A DNA stretch of 61,696 nucleotides, the filler included, from Sluysia triapertura (Eukaryota): the NCBI GenBank assembly GCA_046118255.1. It is 5 parts of 5 records of this genome, joined end to end, with 100 filler letters (N's around TTAATTAATTAA, not from the genome) between each part and the next. Parts side by side here need not be neighbours in the genome. Positions count along the whole stretch, not along the records: positions 38,606 to 50,098 come from JBJNIA010184157.1; positions 50,199 to 61,696 come from JBJNIA010184045.1; 3 more parts are not named here. The stretch is one strand, 5' to 3'. The translations under genes were made by a program, and so were the position numbers. Positions 38,506 through 51,509 of this stretch are shown in pieces. Every line of letters begins with the position of its first letter. Position 1 is the stretch's first letter. The notes beneath the pieces were generated by a model. The model was not told the DNA's origin, did no database searches, and was given only the letters and a program-made list of their open reading frames with translations.

Positions 38506-38605
38506 NNNNNNNNNNNNNNNNNNNNNNNNNNNNNNNNNNNNNNNNNNNNTTAATTAATTAANNNNNNNNNNNNNNNNNNNNNNNNNNNNNNNNNNNNNNN
38601 NNNNN
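38506..38605. other. artificial assembly linker
   Basis: N44-TTAATTAATTAA-N44. Confidence 0.97.
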
Positions 38606-39081
38606 TATATTGAGTGCAAAACTGACTTTATTATGGTTTAATAGTTTTATTGTACTTTGAAGAAAGATATTACGCTTTTGATTTGTCTATCTAAAAAGAA
38701 ATTCACAAAGTACACAAAAGGTGTAGAAAGTATAGAATGTAAAGTTGTAAGAACTGTACAGTGTTATTAAGTTGTAAATGATTTGTATAGAATAGTTTTG
38801 TTTGTTTGAAAGGTTAATATTGAATGGCTTTGAATAATGTAAAGTTCTGTGGCGAGCCACCACAAATAAATGTAATATAATGTATTTTTAATAGTTTTAT
38901 TTAGAACTATAATTTTTAAAAACTTAGTAGAATCCATTGTTTTAATGAATTATACATTTTAAGCGGGTAACGTACTTTTATGTTTTTTACAGTCTGTCTC
39001 TTGACCACAGGTCACGTAAAAATACGTATTTAGGGGATTCGTGCTAGAGAGTGTATATGGTATAAATGCGATGGAATGTTA

Positions 39082-39089
39082 TACATACA

Positions 39090-39132
<43 letters not shown>
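39082..39132. repeat. (AT)n microsatellite
   Basis: Direct reading. Confidence 0.95.
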
Positions 39133-41129
39133 GGTGTTTCTTCCCAGGGATTATGTTTGTTGAGTTGGATTTTTTTGGTGATTTTATTGAATGACCAAAC
39201 AAACAGTTGTACGCTCAAAATATTTTGTTAATGTCTAACAAAACTATATGATTAAAATGATGTAAGTATTATAGGTTTTGAAACAGCTTCATTTAAATAA
39301 GTATTTACTTTTCATTTCAATAAAATAATAAAATTGATAAACTTATTTATAAATTATTTAGTTTTTTTGTTTATTTAATTAATACATTTTGCTAAAAACA
39401 AATAATTCAATGTTGCATTGCTCAATTTTGAATGCAAATAGTGCAGAAGTATTCAGATGACTAAAACACAATAAATAGATTCAACACTAGTTAGTGATAT
39501 CGACGGTAAACGATTGTAATCTAATTCAAGAAACTTACCTAATATATCAATATCATAAATTTTGCAGAAAAGATCTTTTTGAATTTCAATTCGGAAGTGT
39601 TTCAAACTTTTCATTACGTTCTATTAAAAAATGCTGTACTTCGTCTTTTAAATAAGCTTCAGTAACCAAGTAATGTAACAAGTTGGTACAGGTTTACAAT
39701 TTATTGCATCACACTAGTTATATGATAAGCATATTTTCGGATTAACTGGAGTTTTAAAAAAGCCACATGACTACATGTGAACGTGGAACATAGAATCGAG
39801 TTCTTTAAGCATAACTGACAGAGCTGCCTCAACTACAATTAAGTTACATTTTTTTAACATAGTTATTTCACGGTTTCAAATAATTCATCGAAATTATTTC
39901 GTTTTTGAAATTCATTAAAAAGCCAACATATATCTTCAAATCAATAAGATTTTTCAATTTTTCACAAACTACTAACTTTTCTGTTGATATCCAATTTTTC
40001 TTCCTCATATTGTAGGTGAAAATTTTAACTAATTTTTGAACATTAGTGATGAAATCTTTTAAAATAGGCTTATCTTTTTTGAGTGGCATTGATAGATTCT
40101 TCATTTTTTATTTTCAGAATATGTTCAGATTTTATTCTCTTAAAAAAATAAAATTCGGTAGTAAAACCTATTAATCAATTAGCGAATATACTTGTGGTTG
40201 GCAGCACGAATGTACTCGTGATATATTAACACGTACAACTTGTGGAACTTGCAAATCTTTTACGGCCACAAACATAAATATACAAGTGTAAAAACCTGAA
40301 AAAAGCTACAAATAAATTGTTTTTACAAAAAGTCTACTTTATTTAAAAAGTTTGATATGGTAAACAGTGATACTCAAAACAGAAATGGCAAAGCGAATAA
40401 CTTCACAAAATTTAGTCTTGGCAGCGAATGGGTATACAGTCAACACCCTTATTTCCAACGTTATTGATTGTGGCTAATTTATTCAAATAAAACTTGATTC
40501 CTGTCTTTAGTTTACTCTATTTATCAACAATGTTTTCATGATTGCATTGTTTATAACTGAATGTGGAGTATCAGGTAGCTTACATCGTCTTAGGTCATTG
40601 GATGTGACAAAAATTATGGAACAGAACCCTACCTAAATTTATAAAACGACAAATGATATTGTTTGACGTGAAAAGTATTGAATCCTTTTAATTTTCTGTG
40701 ATTCTTAATCCAAATTGAAAAACCAAAAGAATTTTGACCAACGATGAAGACAGTTGGGACTTGACCACAGAAAAATTAAAATCCACTATGTTTCAAAATA
40801 GGAAAATGTGCTATCCGAAATGAATATGAAGCCTCTATGTTGATTTTATTTTCTTGCAACGTTTGCATTTCACAGTCAATAGCTTTTAAACAATAATATT
40901 AAACTGATTTTGTTTTATTATTATTTTATTATTCATTTTTTTAGATAAAATTTAATAAAAATATTTTTATGATATTATTAAAGACCAAAAATAGTATATT
41001 AATTTATATTGCACTCATATCTAATGCAAAATAAGAATTCAAAAGCATTTAAAATAAATCATTCACAATAATATTTCTGAATCAGAAAGAATTTTGCCTT
41101 TTTCTTAAATATTTCATAAACTTCCATTA

Positions 41130-41400
41130 ATTGACATTCTCTGGTAGCTGGTTGTATATTTTGAAATATAAACGGTATATAACAAATCATTGTGAATACT
41201 GCATAGATTATTGCGTCTCATTGAAATATTCATCTTGGTTTCCAAATTTTTTAATATTTCTAAAAGATATTCAGGACTTCCGTAATGTAAGCATTTGTAA
41301 ATTATTGCCTTGACTTTGAATTCTACTCTTGCTTTTATTGGAAACCAATAATAATAAAAATTGATTTTATTAATTGACAAGATGTTTTATTTTATAAAAA
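41130..41400 (-). mobile_element. L2/CR1-group LINE 3' fragment
   Basis: YWFPIKARVEFKVKAIIYKCLHYGSPEYL (HWLP...RIxFK motif). Nucleotide similarity to 11120-11215. Confidence 0.82.
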
Positions 41401-42355
41401 TTGTTAGATTTAATGTTATTTGCAAATTATTTTTGATATGCTCTAAATAATTTCTGAGTTTTTATATCGTTATAAATAGTATATCTATACATTTTTAATG
41501 AGTTTTTAATATGTAATACTTTACTTTATCGTTCTTGCCTAACCAGTGTGCCTCGAAGATGATTTTATTCACATTAAATTAAATTAAGCATAGTATAATC
41601 GAGCTGTAGAGAAGGAATTAAATATATCTCAGATATGCTGTAAAAGGCAATTATAAAATAAACATTTTCAAACTCTCTGAATCCCAAAGAATACAGTGCC
41701 TAAAGACAATGGATATATTTTTTCAGTGTATAAAGTATAAAGAAAAAGTGAAAGAAGCCAAATTTGTATGGACCCACAACATTTTTCACAACATCAGAAA
41801 AAGTTCATTCTTGGAGGTCAGAAAAGGTTTTGTCTATACTCAGAAACTGAACATAACATAATAACATAATAACGAAATAACATAATCGTTATAATTAAAG
41901 AAACTATGCCTAATTAACCCAATATCCGCCACAATTCAAAAATACAAAAAAATTAAATTAAGTCTATAATAATATTCGTACTAACCAATTGGAACTATTT
42001 TTTGTCATAATTATTGTTTTTATAGAACACATGATATGATCTCATTATTTTATTTAGAAGTTGCAGTTACTAAAAGAAAAAATGTTAAATGTGTTCCAAA
42101 AATAGTACATTGGTGGATAATATTTGAAAATGAGATCAATGAGACTTATAATCAAAAATTTATGAACTAAAGTAAAATAAAAATGGATTGACCAATATTG
42201 CTTATTAAGAAGTTAATAAATAAATAACATATCTTAATAACTAAACTATTATATTTAATGGCTTTGACGAAATATAGAATATCCTATGCTTTAAAACTTT
42301 ATAATCATAATCATACTAATAATAATATTATTAATAATATATTTAATTAAAGACA

Positions 42356-43039
42356 ATGACTTCTACATTATCAATAAAGCCAGAAAATACCTCTGTAGCA
42401 TCAAATTTTTCAATTACAAATTTGTATTTTGTCACTACGTCAGTTCAATTCATCAGTCATCAAAACAAAACTGGTACAGTACTAAATCAAAGTAATTTAA
42501 TACTTATCATAACTTTAGTATCGATTTTTATACTATTATTTATTTTTATAAATTTAATGGTAAATTGTTTGTTAAATTACCGACCAACACTGTTTTCTGG
42601 ATTTCGACATACATCTTCGAGTACCCGAAATCGAAATCGTCGCAAATCAAGTATTCAATATCAAGTACAAAATATCGAGCTTGATCAAAATCCTCAGTCT
42701 TATTTTACAACTTTGCCGAAATTAATAACCCAAAATCAATTAGATTATCCACCTTTACTGCCTCCTCCTGGTCCTCAAATAACTCCTTCTCCACCTCATA
42801 CTCCAAATTTGTCATCATATTGGAACCAAAATAATCAGTATAATCAACACCAAGTAACACAATCCACTTCACATAAATTTTTAAGACAAGGTTCTTTGCC
42901 ACCACCAAATATACATCATTCGTATCATGTAAATAACACTCCTAATAGATTTTCACAGAATTTCATTACTACAGCTTTCTGTATTACACCCAATAATGTT
43001 ATTATGGGATCTCAAGTACCAAATATTAACAATTCTGAA

Positions 43040-43103
<64 letters not shown>

Positions 43104-43423
43104 CGCCAACTCCTGATATAACTAGTCCAACGAATACTGATGAATTAAGTAGCGGATTTGGCACTTTGAAGACATCACAACTCGAAGATCAACTTATTGA
43201 TTTGTATGGATGTAATGAACACTACAGACGTTTGTCAGACTTACCGATCAGTTACACTAATGATGGAGGTGGTGGGGGTGGAGGTGGTATTAATAGTTTA
43301 AGCATGTTTAAAAGTACCTGTAACAAGACAAATAGTAATAGTAGTAATCATAGTGGTAGCACTGACGCTACGGATAAAAACAAATTATACAAATATAAAG
43401 AAATTGAATATGGTCCAATATGA
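42356..43423 (+). CDS. orphan single-pass membrane protein with Pro/Gln/Asn-rich cytoplasmic tail
   Basis: 355-aa ORF in very AT-rich DNA. N-terminal N-x-S/T sequons, TM segment LILIITLVSIFILLFIFINLMVNCLL, basic RNRNRRK, PPLLPPP, poly-N, poly-G, and C-terminus EYGPI. Confidence 0.82.
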
Positions 43424-44551
43424 TAATAATAAAAATATTATTATTATTATTTTTGAAAAAAATATCAAATAGATTTAGCATAAATTTTTCGTTGCAAATA
43501 TTTTCATAGATTAATGTAATAATATTAATCTTTATGATTTAATGTTTTTAATTCTTATAAAATAAATTTAATTCGTAGATATGTGGTAGATAATTTAATT
43601 GTTATTGATTCTAGAATTTGTTTGTTATTTTTTTCGGTTTATATAAATATTTTTCAAAAGTTTTCTTCATTCTTAAATAATATAGATTTTTTACAGTTAC
43701 CTAATATTGACAAACTGTTATTAGTTATAATTTACCTAACATAGTTTTTGAGGTTTTGCAAAACAAATATACGCATCAATCGGTCTTGATTTATATGTTA
43801 TATATTTCCTTAAAAGGACATTTTACTTTACATCTTATTGCAATAGTTTTTCAGTTTCCATTCAAATATAAATTAAATCTCCTCATTATGATTTGTAGAA
43901 TTAATAAATAAAAATTATTTGATTGATAATTTGAAGATATTGATAAAAAGTTAAAATAAACATTTCAACTAATAACTGTATAAAGCATTTTATGTAGCAA
44001 ACTTCCTGCAAATGTATTTCTTAGGACCATTATAAGGCAAAATTTCATTGAAGACCAAGAAAATTAAATAGTATTAGTGTGAATATGTAAATTAACAGTA
44101 ATTGATTTTTGTACTTCAAAGATAGATTCTCATTTCCATATTTTAGAAAAACGATAATAAATAGAATTTGTTTGGATAATGAGAAGTGGTTAATTATTAT
44201 AGAATATTAGCTTTAAAAATTTTTATCTTTACCAACATGGCGAATCAGAAACTGATTATTGTATTTTATCGTATAATTTAAATATCATTAAATTATTGTT
44301 TTTATTTTTTAAATTTAGGATAAATATTATAATGAAATTTAGTATTGTTTATTTATTTGTTTTCAATTTAAGTTTAAATTTAACAAATCATAAAATTATT
44401 TAATAATAATTATTATTTTTATATATTAAATTCTGGAAAATTTATTTATTTTTAATTCAAAATAATATAAAATTGTAATATTTAAACAAAACACTTAATT
44501 GAGTGTAGTTTTCTGGAATTAAAATGAAGTTTTAAAGTTTTTTGTGCATTA

Positions 44552-44554
<3 letters not shown>

Positions 44555-44610
<56 letters not shown>
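44555..44610. repeat. (ATT)n microsatellite
   Basis: Direct reading. Confidence 0.95.
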
Positions 44611-44611
<1 letters not shown>

Positions 44612-47600
44612 AAAATCAATCAAAAACAAAATTTTCTATATTCTCATATTTTCAAACTCAAATTAAATTAATAATTGGTTAAGCTATTTTGACCAATACA
44701 AGAATTATTGATAAACATTTGGTACACTGTATAATATTAGTAAAATAGATTGTAAATTGAAAACTCATAAAATATTTCAATTATTTTTTGTATATTTTAA
44801 AAATAGTAATATTTCAGAATTTTTACATCGTCGATATTTATTTCTGTAGCTTGTGACATAACAAACTACACCATTTTATAACGTATTAAACGATACAAAT
44901 ACAATAATTATTTATTAAAAATTGTTTTGTATTTATTACATAAAAGAGTTTTTTAAGCTTCAACTGTAAGAAGTATGTTTTTAAAAAATGAAACTAATGT
45001 GAAACTATATGACACTATTTATTAATAAAAGCACAATTTTCACAAGTTTATGTGTTGTTTTAGTTTTCCCAAATAATTATAATAATAAATTCGACGAATA
45101 AGAATTAACCATACATTTTCATAATACTAATATAATGACTAGTCAATCAATAAAATCGATCTTTGATTTTAACTACTTTATGCGGAAGAGCATTATTCCA
45201 TTAAAATATGATGGAAAAAATTTTATTTGATGTAAAATAATTTCACTAAAAATTTGACATACCAATTAACAAAAGTTGTTTTTTGATAAATTTATCAAAA
45301 TATTATTTCTGGTGAAATTTTTGTAGAATTGTTTAATTGCTTTTCATTTTTTTAGATATTTTCATTAAAAGTATTCTAAGATATTACAGATTTTTCATTA
45401 CAATCATTCATAGCATGAACAATTTACTGAACACAAATAAAATCAACACATGTCCTTTATATTACTTATATTAACTTTAGCATAATAAAATTACTTATTT
45501 TTATTACTTAATTTTATTCACAAATTTTTAAATGTTTTTATTCAGCATTTTGTATCTTTAATACATGCTAAATTATTTCTTGATAGATATTCAATAAACT
45601 TGTATTTTTTGGACATAAAACTCTTTTCTTGTATTTTAAATTTTGTATTGTTTTGTGTAACTTTTGTTACATTTATTTTTTCTCTATAAATTAATTAATT
45701 AAAATAATTAATATTAAATAAATTAAATAATTAAAACAATGTACCTTACGTTAAATTAATGATTTTTAAACTTTATAAGTATATGTTCTTAATATTAAAA
45801 CAATAATTGACAAAAATATTTACAAAACACACTTATAGAATTAATAATACCTAATATAAAATAACTACATATATTACCGTTATTTTTGTTTAATATCCCA
45901 TACATTGGAAAAGAAAATTTGTAGTTACATGAAAATATTATTAGAATTTATAATAATTTATACGTATTAAACTTTTAAATTTTTTATAATTATTTAATTT
46001 TATTATTTAAATTTAATTATTTTATTTTTATTTGTTTTAATAAATTTAAATTTTGGCGTCTAAAGTAAACACTATACATTTTAATTTTTATAAACAAAGC
46101 TATTTTTATGTGTTGTCAATTAGTTTTTGATTTTACAGGCTTTGAGAAATATTTTGAAAATTTGTAAATCAATTTTAAAAATATTAATTTAACCTTAAAA
46201 ATGATGATAAAATTTTGAAATAATTATTAATTGTTATTTAAATGGTATAGCTTATCATTTAATACTTCTTTTAAGTTTCTAGAATTGAAAACTGAAATTA
46301 TTTTTCAAAATGAAGGTTCAAACCCTATATTTTCTAATTGTATACTTAATGATTACGAAAAGTTATTTCCGTGGTGTTTAAACATGCAAATAAAAAATAT
46401 ATAAAGAAAGGTAAGAATTTGGATGTTTTTTTCTTATTGTTATCTTTTGCCCACTTACGTTTAATATATATCCCATATAATTAAGAAAGATTGTTTGAAA
46501 ACAATGAAATTTCTGTTTTGCGTTTAAATTTAAAAGCAAAATAGAAGAAAATTTCATTAAAACAAAATTTGCAAGATTTTGGAAATTTAGCATATAATAA
46601 TAGGTCTCTCTTCTTGAACAACCAATCAAATTGGTGGCAGACACAACTCCACAACAAAAATCCACACTCGAAAAATGCATTATATTATAAGTACTCATAC
46701 GAAAAATTCCCATATAGAAATTAGCGTATAATGATATATACTTACACGGAAAATTACTCATTTATTTAACTCATTAAATTAGGTAGTAGTGCCATAATTC
46801 CAATCTTTGTTGTACTCAAAAATAATGAAACAACATTAATAAATTTTGTTTAAAATTTTAATTTTACTGGGTTAAAAAATAATCAAATAAGTATAAGTAC
46901 ATGTTAAATGAACAAAAAATATAATATTCATACATATTTTACATGAGAAACAGACTTACAGTAGTATCCACTTTTCTGTGAACTTATTTCGTTTGTGAAT
47001 TTTTCTCGTGGGATTTATCGCAACAGATCAAATAGTATAAGATAAGTTCACTATCAAATTCTAGTTTTAATTTCTGAAAATCATCCTTAAAGAATTTATT
47101 CTATTTGAATTCTATTTAATTAAAAATTAAAGTGACAATAAATCAAAGAGCATGTAATATGTATCCTTATTGAAAAATTCCTTAATGTGTAAAATTCCAC
47201 TAATTTGAATTTAAATTAATATTAAAAATACATGAAAAAGAGCACATAAATGTTTACTTAGCTTTGCTCTTTGCTCAATAATTTCTTTTGTTTTTTTTAC
47301 TTTATTTTAATGTACTTGTACTTTAATTTTATAAATATCATAAGTTACATATTAAAATATTTTATTATCAAAAGTCATTGTAATTCTTTTGTAATATTCT
47401 TTTTATTGCATCAATTTTATTAATTAATTTATATTTTATGATTATTTTTGTGCTTATTTGTTCTTTGTTATAACAATTAAAATATTATAATTGCAGTAAA
47501 AATGCATTTATTTATTTTATAGAAAATATTAAATACGTTTTCTGTTTGATCAATAAGTATAAACTAAAAATTTGTTAAATTTTACAGTTTAATTCATGTA

Positions 47601-48299
47601 GACAAATTTAAATATTGAGCTAAAATAATAATAATAATAAATTGGTATTTTTACTGATATCTGTTATACTTCAATAAATATATCAATAATGAGATCATTG
47701 AAAGTTTTGAAAAATCGTTATATGTTTTCAAATGGGTCTATTCATCTTTAAATTCAAGAAAATCTACATAATTTAATTTTGAATAATTTTGTGTTAATGT
47801 TAATTGCTTTCATTATTAGTATTCAAGTGTTTAAAATGGCTTTTAATAATTAAAAGTTTAATTTTGAAAGATTTGCGCCATTAATTCAATGTTTTGCCTT
47901 TTGATTTGAAATGGTATATGTTATATTTTTAATTTTTAAGAAATGTGGTTTATATGTAATAATGTTTTGGTATTAATATATTAATACTGATTTTTATTTT
48001 TTAGTGGTTAAAATATTTAATGAACTTTGTACTAATTATTAATAATTAATTTATTGATAGTGTTTAAACACTAAATGTGAATATAGTGCACGTGAATATT
48101 GACTGTATCATAATCATACTGTGTATGAATAAATTAAATGAGCAAAATCAAAATGGTAAAAATTTAAAATAAAATTAATTATCATTTTTACAAAAGGGTT
48201 TTGATTTACGTATGGGATCTACGATATTTATTTTGCGAAATTTATCATTATTTGAATAAGTGTGTGGAAGTAGGAGATATAGTTTTGCAAGTGTTTTAT

Positions 48300-48660
48300 T
48301 TTCCGAAACCCTATAAAACAAAATAATGTATGTTCAGTAAAACCACATTTCTCCGATAATTATGAAGATATAATGTTGCTGTAGGTTCTGATGATAGTTG
48401 GAATATTAAATTTAAGTCTCAACCTCCAAATAGTTCTGATTTAAATATACTTTATACAATCGTTGCAACATAAAGATTCGCCAAACACGATTGATGAATT
48501 GATTGATTAACGTTTTTACCAAATTACAAAGATATATGTTAACGGGTAGTGAAAATTCTTATAAAATTCCTCATATAAATAAGGCAAAACTTTGTCGCGA
48601 AGTCAATTTGCTGGAAAATATTTATGTTACGAAGAAGCGTACAATAGGGCCAAATCTTAT
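48300..48660 (+). mobile_element. DD39D-type mariner-like transposase remnant
   Basis: KPHF..DDSWNIKFKSQPPNSSDLNIL, QSLQHKDSPNTIDELID and ENSYKIPHINKAKLCRE. Confidence 0.78.
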
Positions 48661-49489
48661 TTTAATTAAGTTTGTATTATAATAAAATTGTTTGTATTTA
48701 ATTATATTTTGTTAAAAAATATTTGTAATATAATTTGTATCTTAAATTTTATTTTAGTTTTATTTTTTTTGCAAATATACACATTATTACTCATTTACAA
48801 TACTTTAAAATTTTATAATGTATAAATTTGTGGTATAAAAACTTAGATAATAGGGTAGTAATTGAATTTCTAACTCCAATATCAAACATTGTTTCAAGTG
48901 TTTGGTATAATTTTAAAATCTACTTTTTATTACACTTCTTTGAACAAAAATTTGTCAATTTCTTTTTTTAATTTAAAAATCATCACTATTATACAACTTG
49001 TCAAATTAAAGTTTATTAATTTACTCGAAGGCTTAAAGTCCAGGAATTTCAACAAAAATAAATTGTGGTAGGTGTAATGGCTTAAACATTTATTAGGGTC
49101 ACAAACTACCCTAAACACAATTAAATTCGATTTTATTGATACGAATGTGAATGTAAAGTTTAATCGAAAATAATATACAGTCAAGTTTACAAAACTCCTG
49201 GCATCCACGCCTTTGGCGTTTTCAATTTAATTTTGTCCTGATATCCAAGAGTGAATGATGTTAGTAGTTAGATTAACTCTATCTAATACTTTTAAAATAA
49301 CTCTAAAATTGGAATCATGGCTAGGATTCATACTAATAGCCGGTAGAACTCTCTAAATATGATTAGTCTGAAAACGAGTACCATATGCATCAAATACTTC
49401 CAAATCAGTCAAGCCAACATCCCATGAAACTAATATCCAGTTTGTTAAACTGATTTTTCGTGTTTGTATTGGTACTGTTAATTTGTTAG

Positions 49490-49693
49490 AATCTTAAGTT
49501 CAGCTCCATAATGGAAACTAACAGCAGTGGCGGTGATTCATGCAGCTTCGATGACATTTTGATCAAAAACCAAGCTGGAGCATAGACACGAACAATATAG
49601 ATTCTTACGATTTCTTGTTTGTACAAAGAGAGCAACCTTACTGCAAGATCTAACCATCTGGCATGATTTACTGGACCAATTTTCCTAGCTGAC
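49490..49693 (-). mobile_element. hAT-related (hATm/hATx-like) transposase remnant
   Basis: RKIGPVNHARWLDLAVRLLSLY...YIVRVYAPAWFLIK (HARW and VYAPxWF motifs). Confidence 0.7.
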
Positions 49694-50098
49694 CATTGAT
49701 TATCAATTCTTTCGCATTTTATACATTATATGCAGTATTTTATGGGGGAAAAGTTGATTGATATGATTTATTGTTACGAGTTGTACACATTTTTATGGTA
49801 AATGATGGCTTTGAGGGCGTTTGATTATACAATGTAAAAAGACAAAAGTTGATTTTAAATTTTAAAAACTTACATTTATTTTTATAGATCATGTATAATA
49901 ATGTTTTATGGACGAAGATATGGTATCTATGAATTACTTCATGATCCTTTAAGAACATTTTTATCTTAAAAATATGCTTCATTTTATTATGAACTATGTT
50001 ATTACAAAGTTGTTTATTATGTTTAAAATATTTTAAGATAGAAATTCTAGTAATATTGTAGTTAATTCTCACATCTATGATCATTAGGTTACATATTA

Positions 50099-50198
50099 NN
50101 NNNNNNNNNNNNNNNNNNNNNNNNNNNNNNNNNNNNNNNNNNTTAATTAATTAANNNNNNNNNNNNNNNNNNNNNNNNNNNNNNNNNNNNNNNNNNNN
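50099..50198. other. artificial assembly linker
   Basis: N44-TTAATTAATTAA-N44. Confidence 0.97.
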
Positions 50199-50436
50199 AG
50201 ATTCACATTGATAATAAATTATATTAAGTTATTTTTGTTTAATAGTACATCATTGTCTTAGTTTTGATTTGATTTACAAGAAGTTAAATTTGGAGTAATA
50301 GTTATTAATATTATAAAAGAAGATTACGGTAAAATTATACTTGATATACTGACTACTGAAATTATTAAGGTTTAAGCTGATCAAGATAATAATATTGATT
50401 TGTAATAATTAACAGATTTTAAAGACGCAACACTGA

Positions 50437-50554
50437 CACGGACCTCTTGTTGCACAGTTCGATGCTCTACCCACTTAGCTATCAGCCCCGTCTAACAATT
50501 TTAGATTATTATAGTAAATTACACTAAATGTCACTTTAGACCTCTATCCCAACA
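50437..50554 (-). mobile_element. 3'-truncated copy of tRNA-bearing LTR-like repeat
   Basis: Minus strand: TGTTGGGATAGAGGTCTAAAGTGAC...TGTTAGACGGGGCTGATAGCTAAGTGGGTAGAGCATCGAACTGTGCAACAAGAGGTCC. Confidence 0.8.
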
Positions 50555-51509
50555 AAATTAAATTTCAAGACTCCATAAATCAAAATAAAAAATCAACTAT
50601 ACTTCGTATAATGAAAATACTACAATTAAACAAGTATAGCAAGAAATTTAATTTATTGAATAACACTAATATAAGTTCAGAATTTGGAGCAACTAAAATA
50701 GTTTTAAACTGTTATTAATACAAAACAATATCAAATAATGGACAACTAATTTTAAGATAAATGTGAATAAATTTTTCGATAAACCAAAGGTAACGCAACA
50801 AACTTACAACTATATATCCGAATCAAAAGTGGATTTCCTGAGAAATAGCTGTTACCTTTTATAAATAAATAAGGGACATTTTCCCACAAATAAAATAGTT
50901 TAATAAATAGAATTAAATTAAAATAAATTAACTTGCCGGCAACGTGGAATTATTTTTACACAATCAAACACTCTCCCACAAATTATTAGAACCTTGATTG
51001 AGGATTAAACTGACAACACAAGGGATCTTATGTTAAAATTAGGTAATTATTTAAAATTAAATTGTTTTTTACCTTTTATTAATATAGCAATGGCTATTGG
51101 TCAAATGAAATTAATCTCTTTTACTCATTTTTTAAAATGTATCAATAATGCGATACTTTAAATAATTTAATCAAATTTATCGATACTTATTTGAATTTTA
51201 GTGTATTAAAATTTTTTTCTAATTAATAAATTTTGAATCACTTATGGCATATTCTGAATAATCTGGTTTTCCTTAATTGTTCTCGAAAATTATCAGAAAA
51301 TTATTTTTTAATATATTTAATACATGAATTAAAAAAAATCCTCTTAACTAAAAATTGTTTAATTAGCATGTTCATTATAGTTAACAGTACTATTTAATTT
51401 TAAATATTTTGTACTTTGTTTTCAAAGATTAATTTTTATAAAAGGTTAGTGTTGTAAATTTATTTTTTGTTTAAATTTCAATTATATACCTGAATTTTAA
51501 ATAGCTAAA

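Noticed and set aside
39700-40104. Possible MULE/SWIM transposase remnant (SCGFFK)
   Set aside because: Too decayed to assign.
46378-46761. 127-aa ORF with faint GPCR TM3 resemblance
   Set aside because: No DRY motif, no other TM exons and no convincing splice context.
50932-50944. RFX X-box-like CTTGCCGGCAAC upstream of the zinc-finger gene
   Set aside because: One half-site mismatches and the TSS is unknown, so it cannot be supported from sequence alone.
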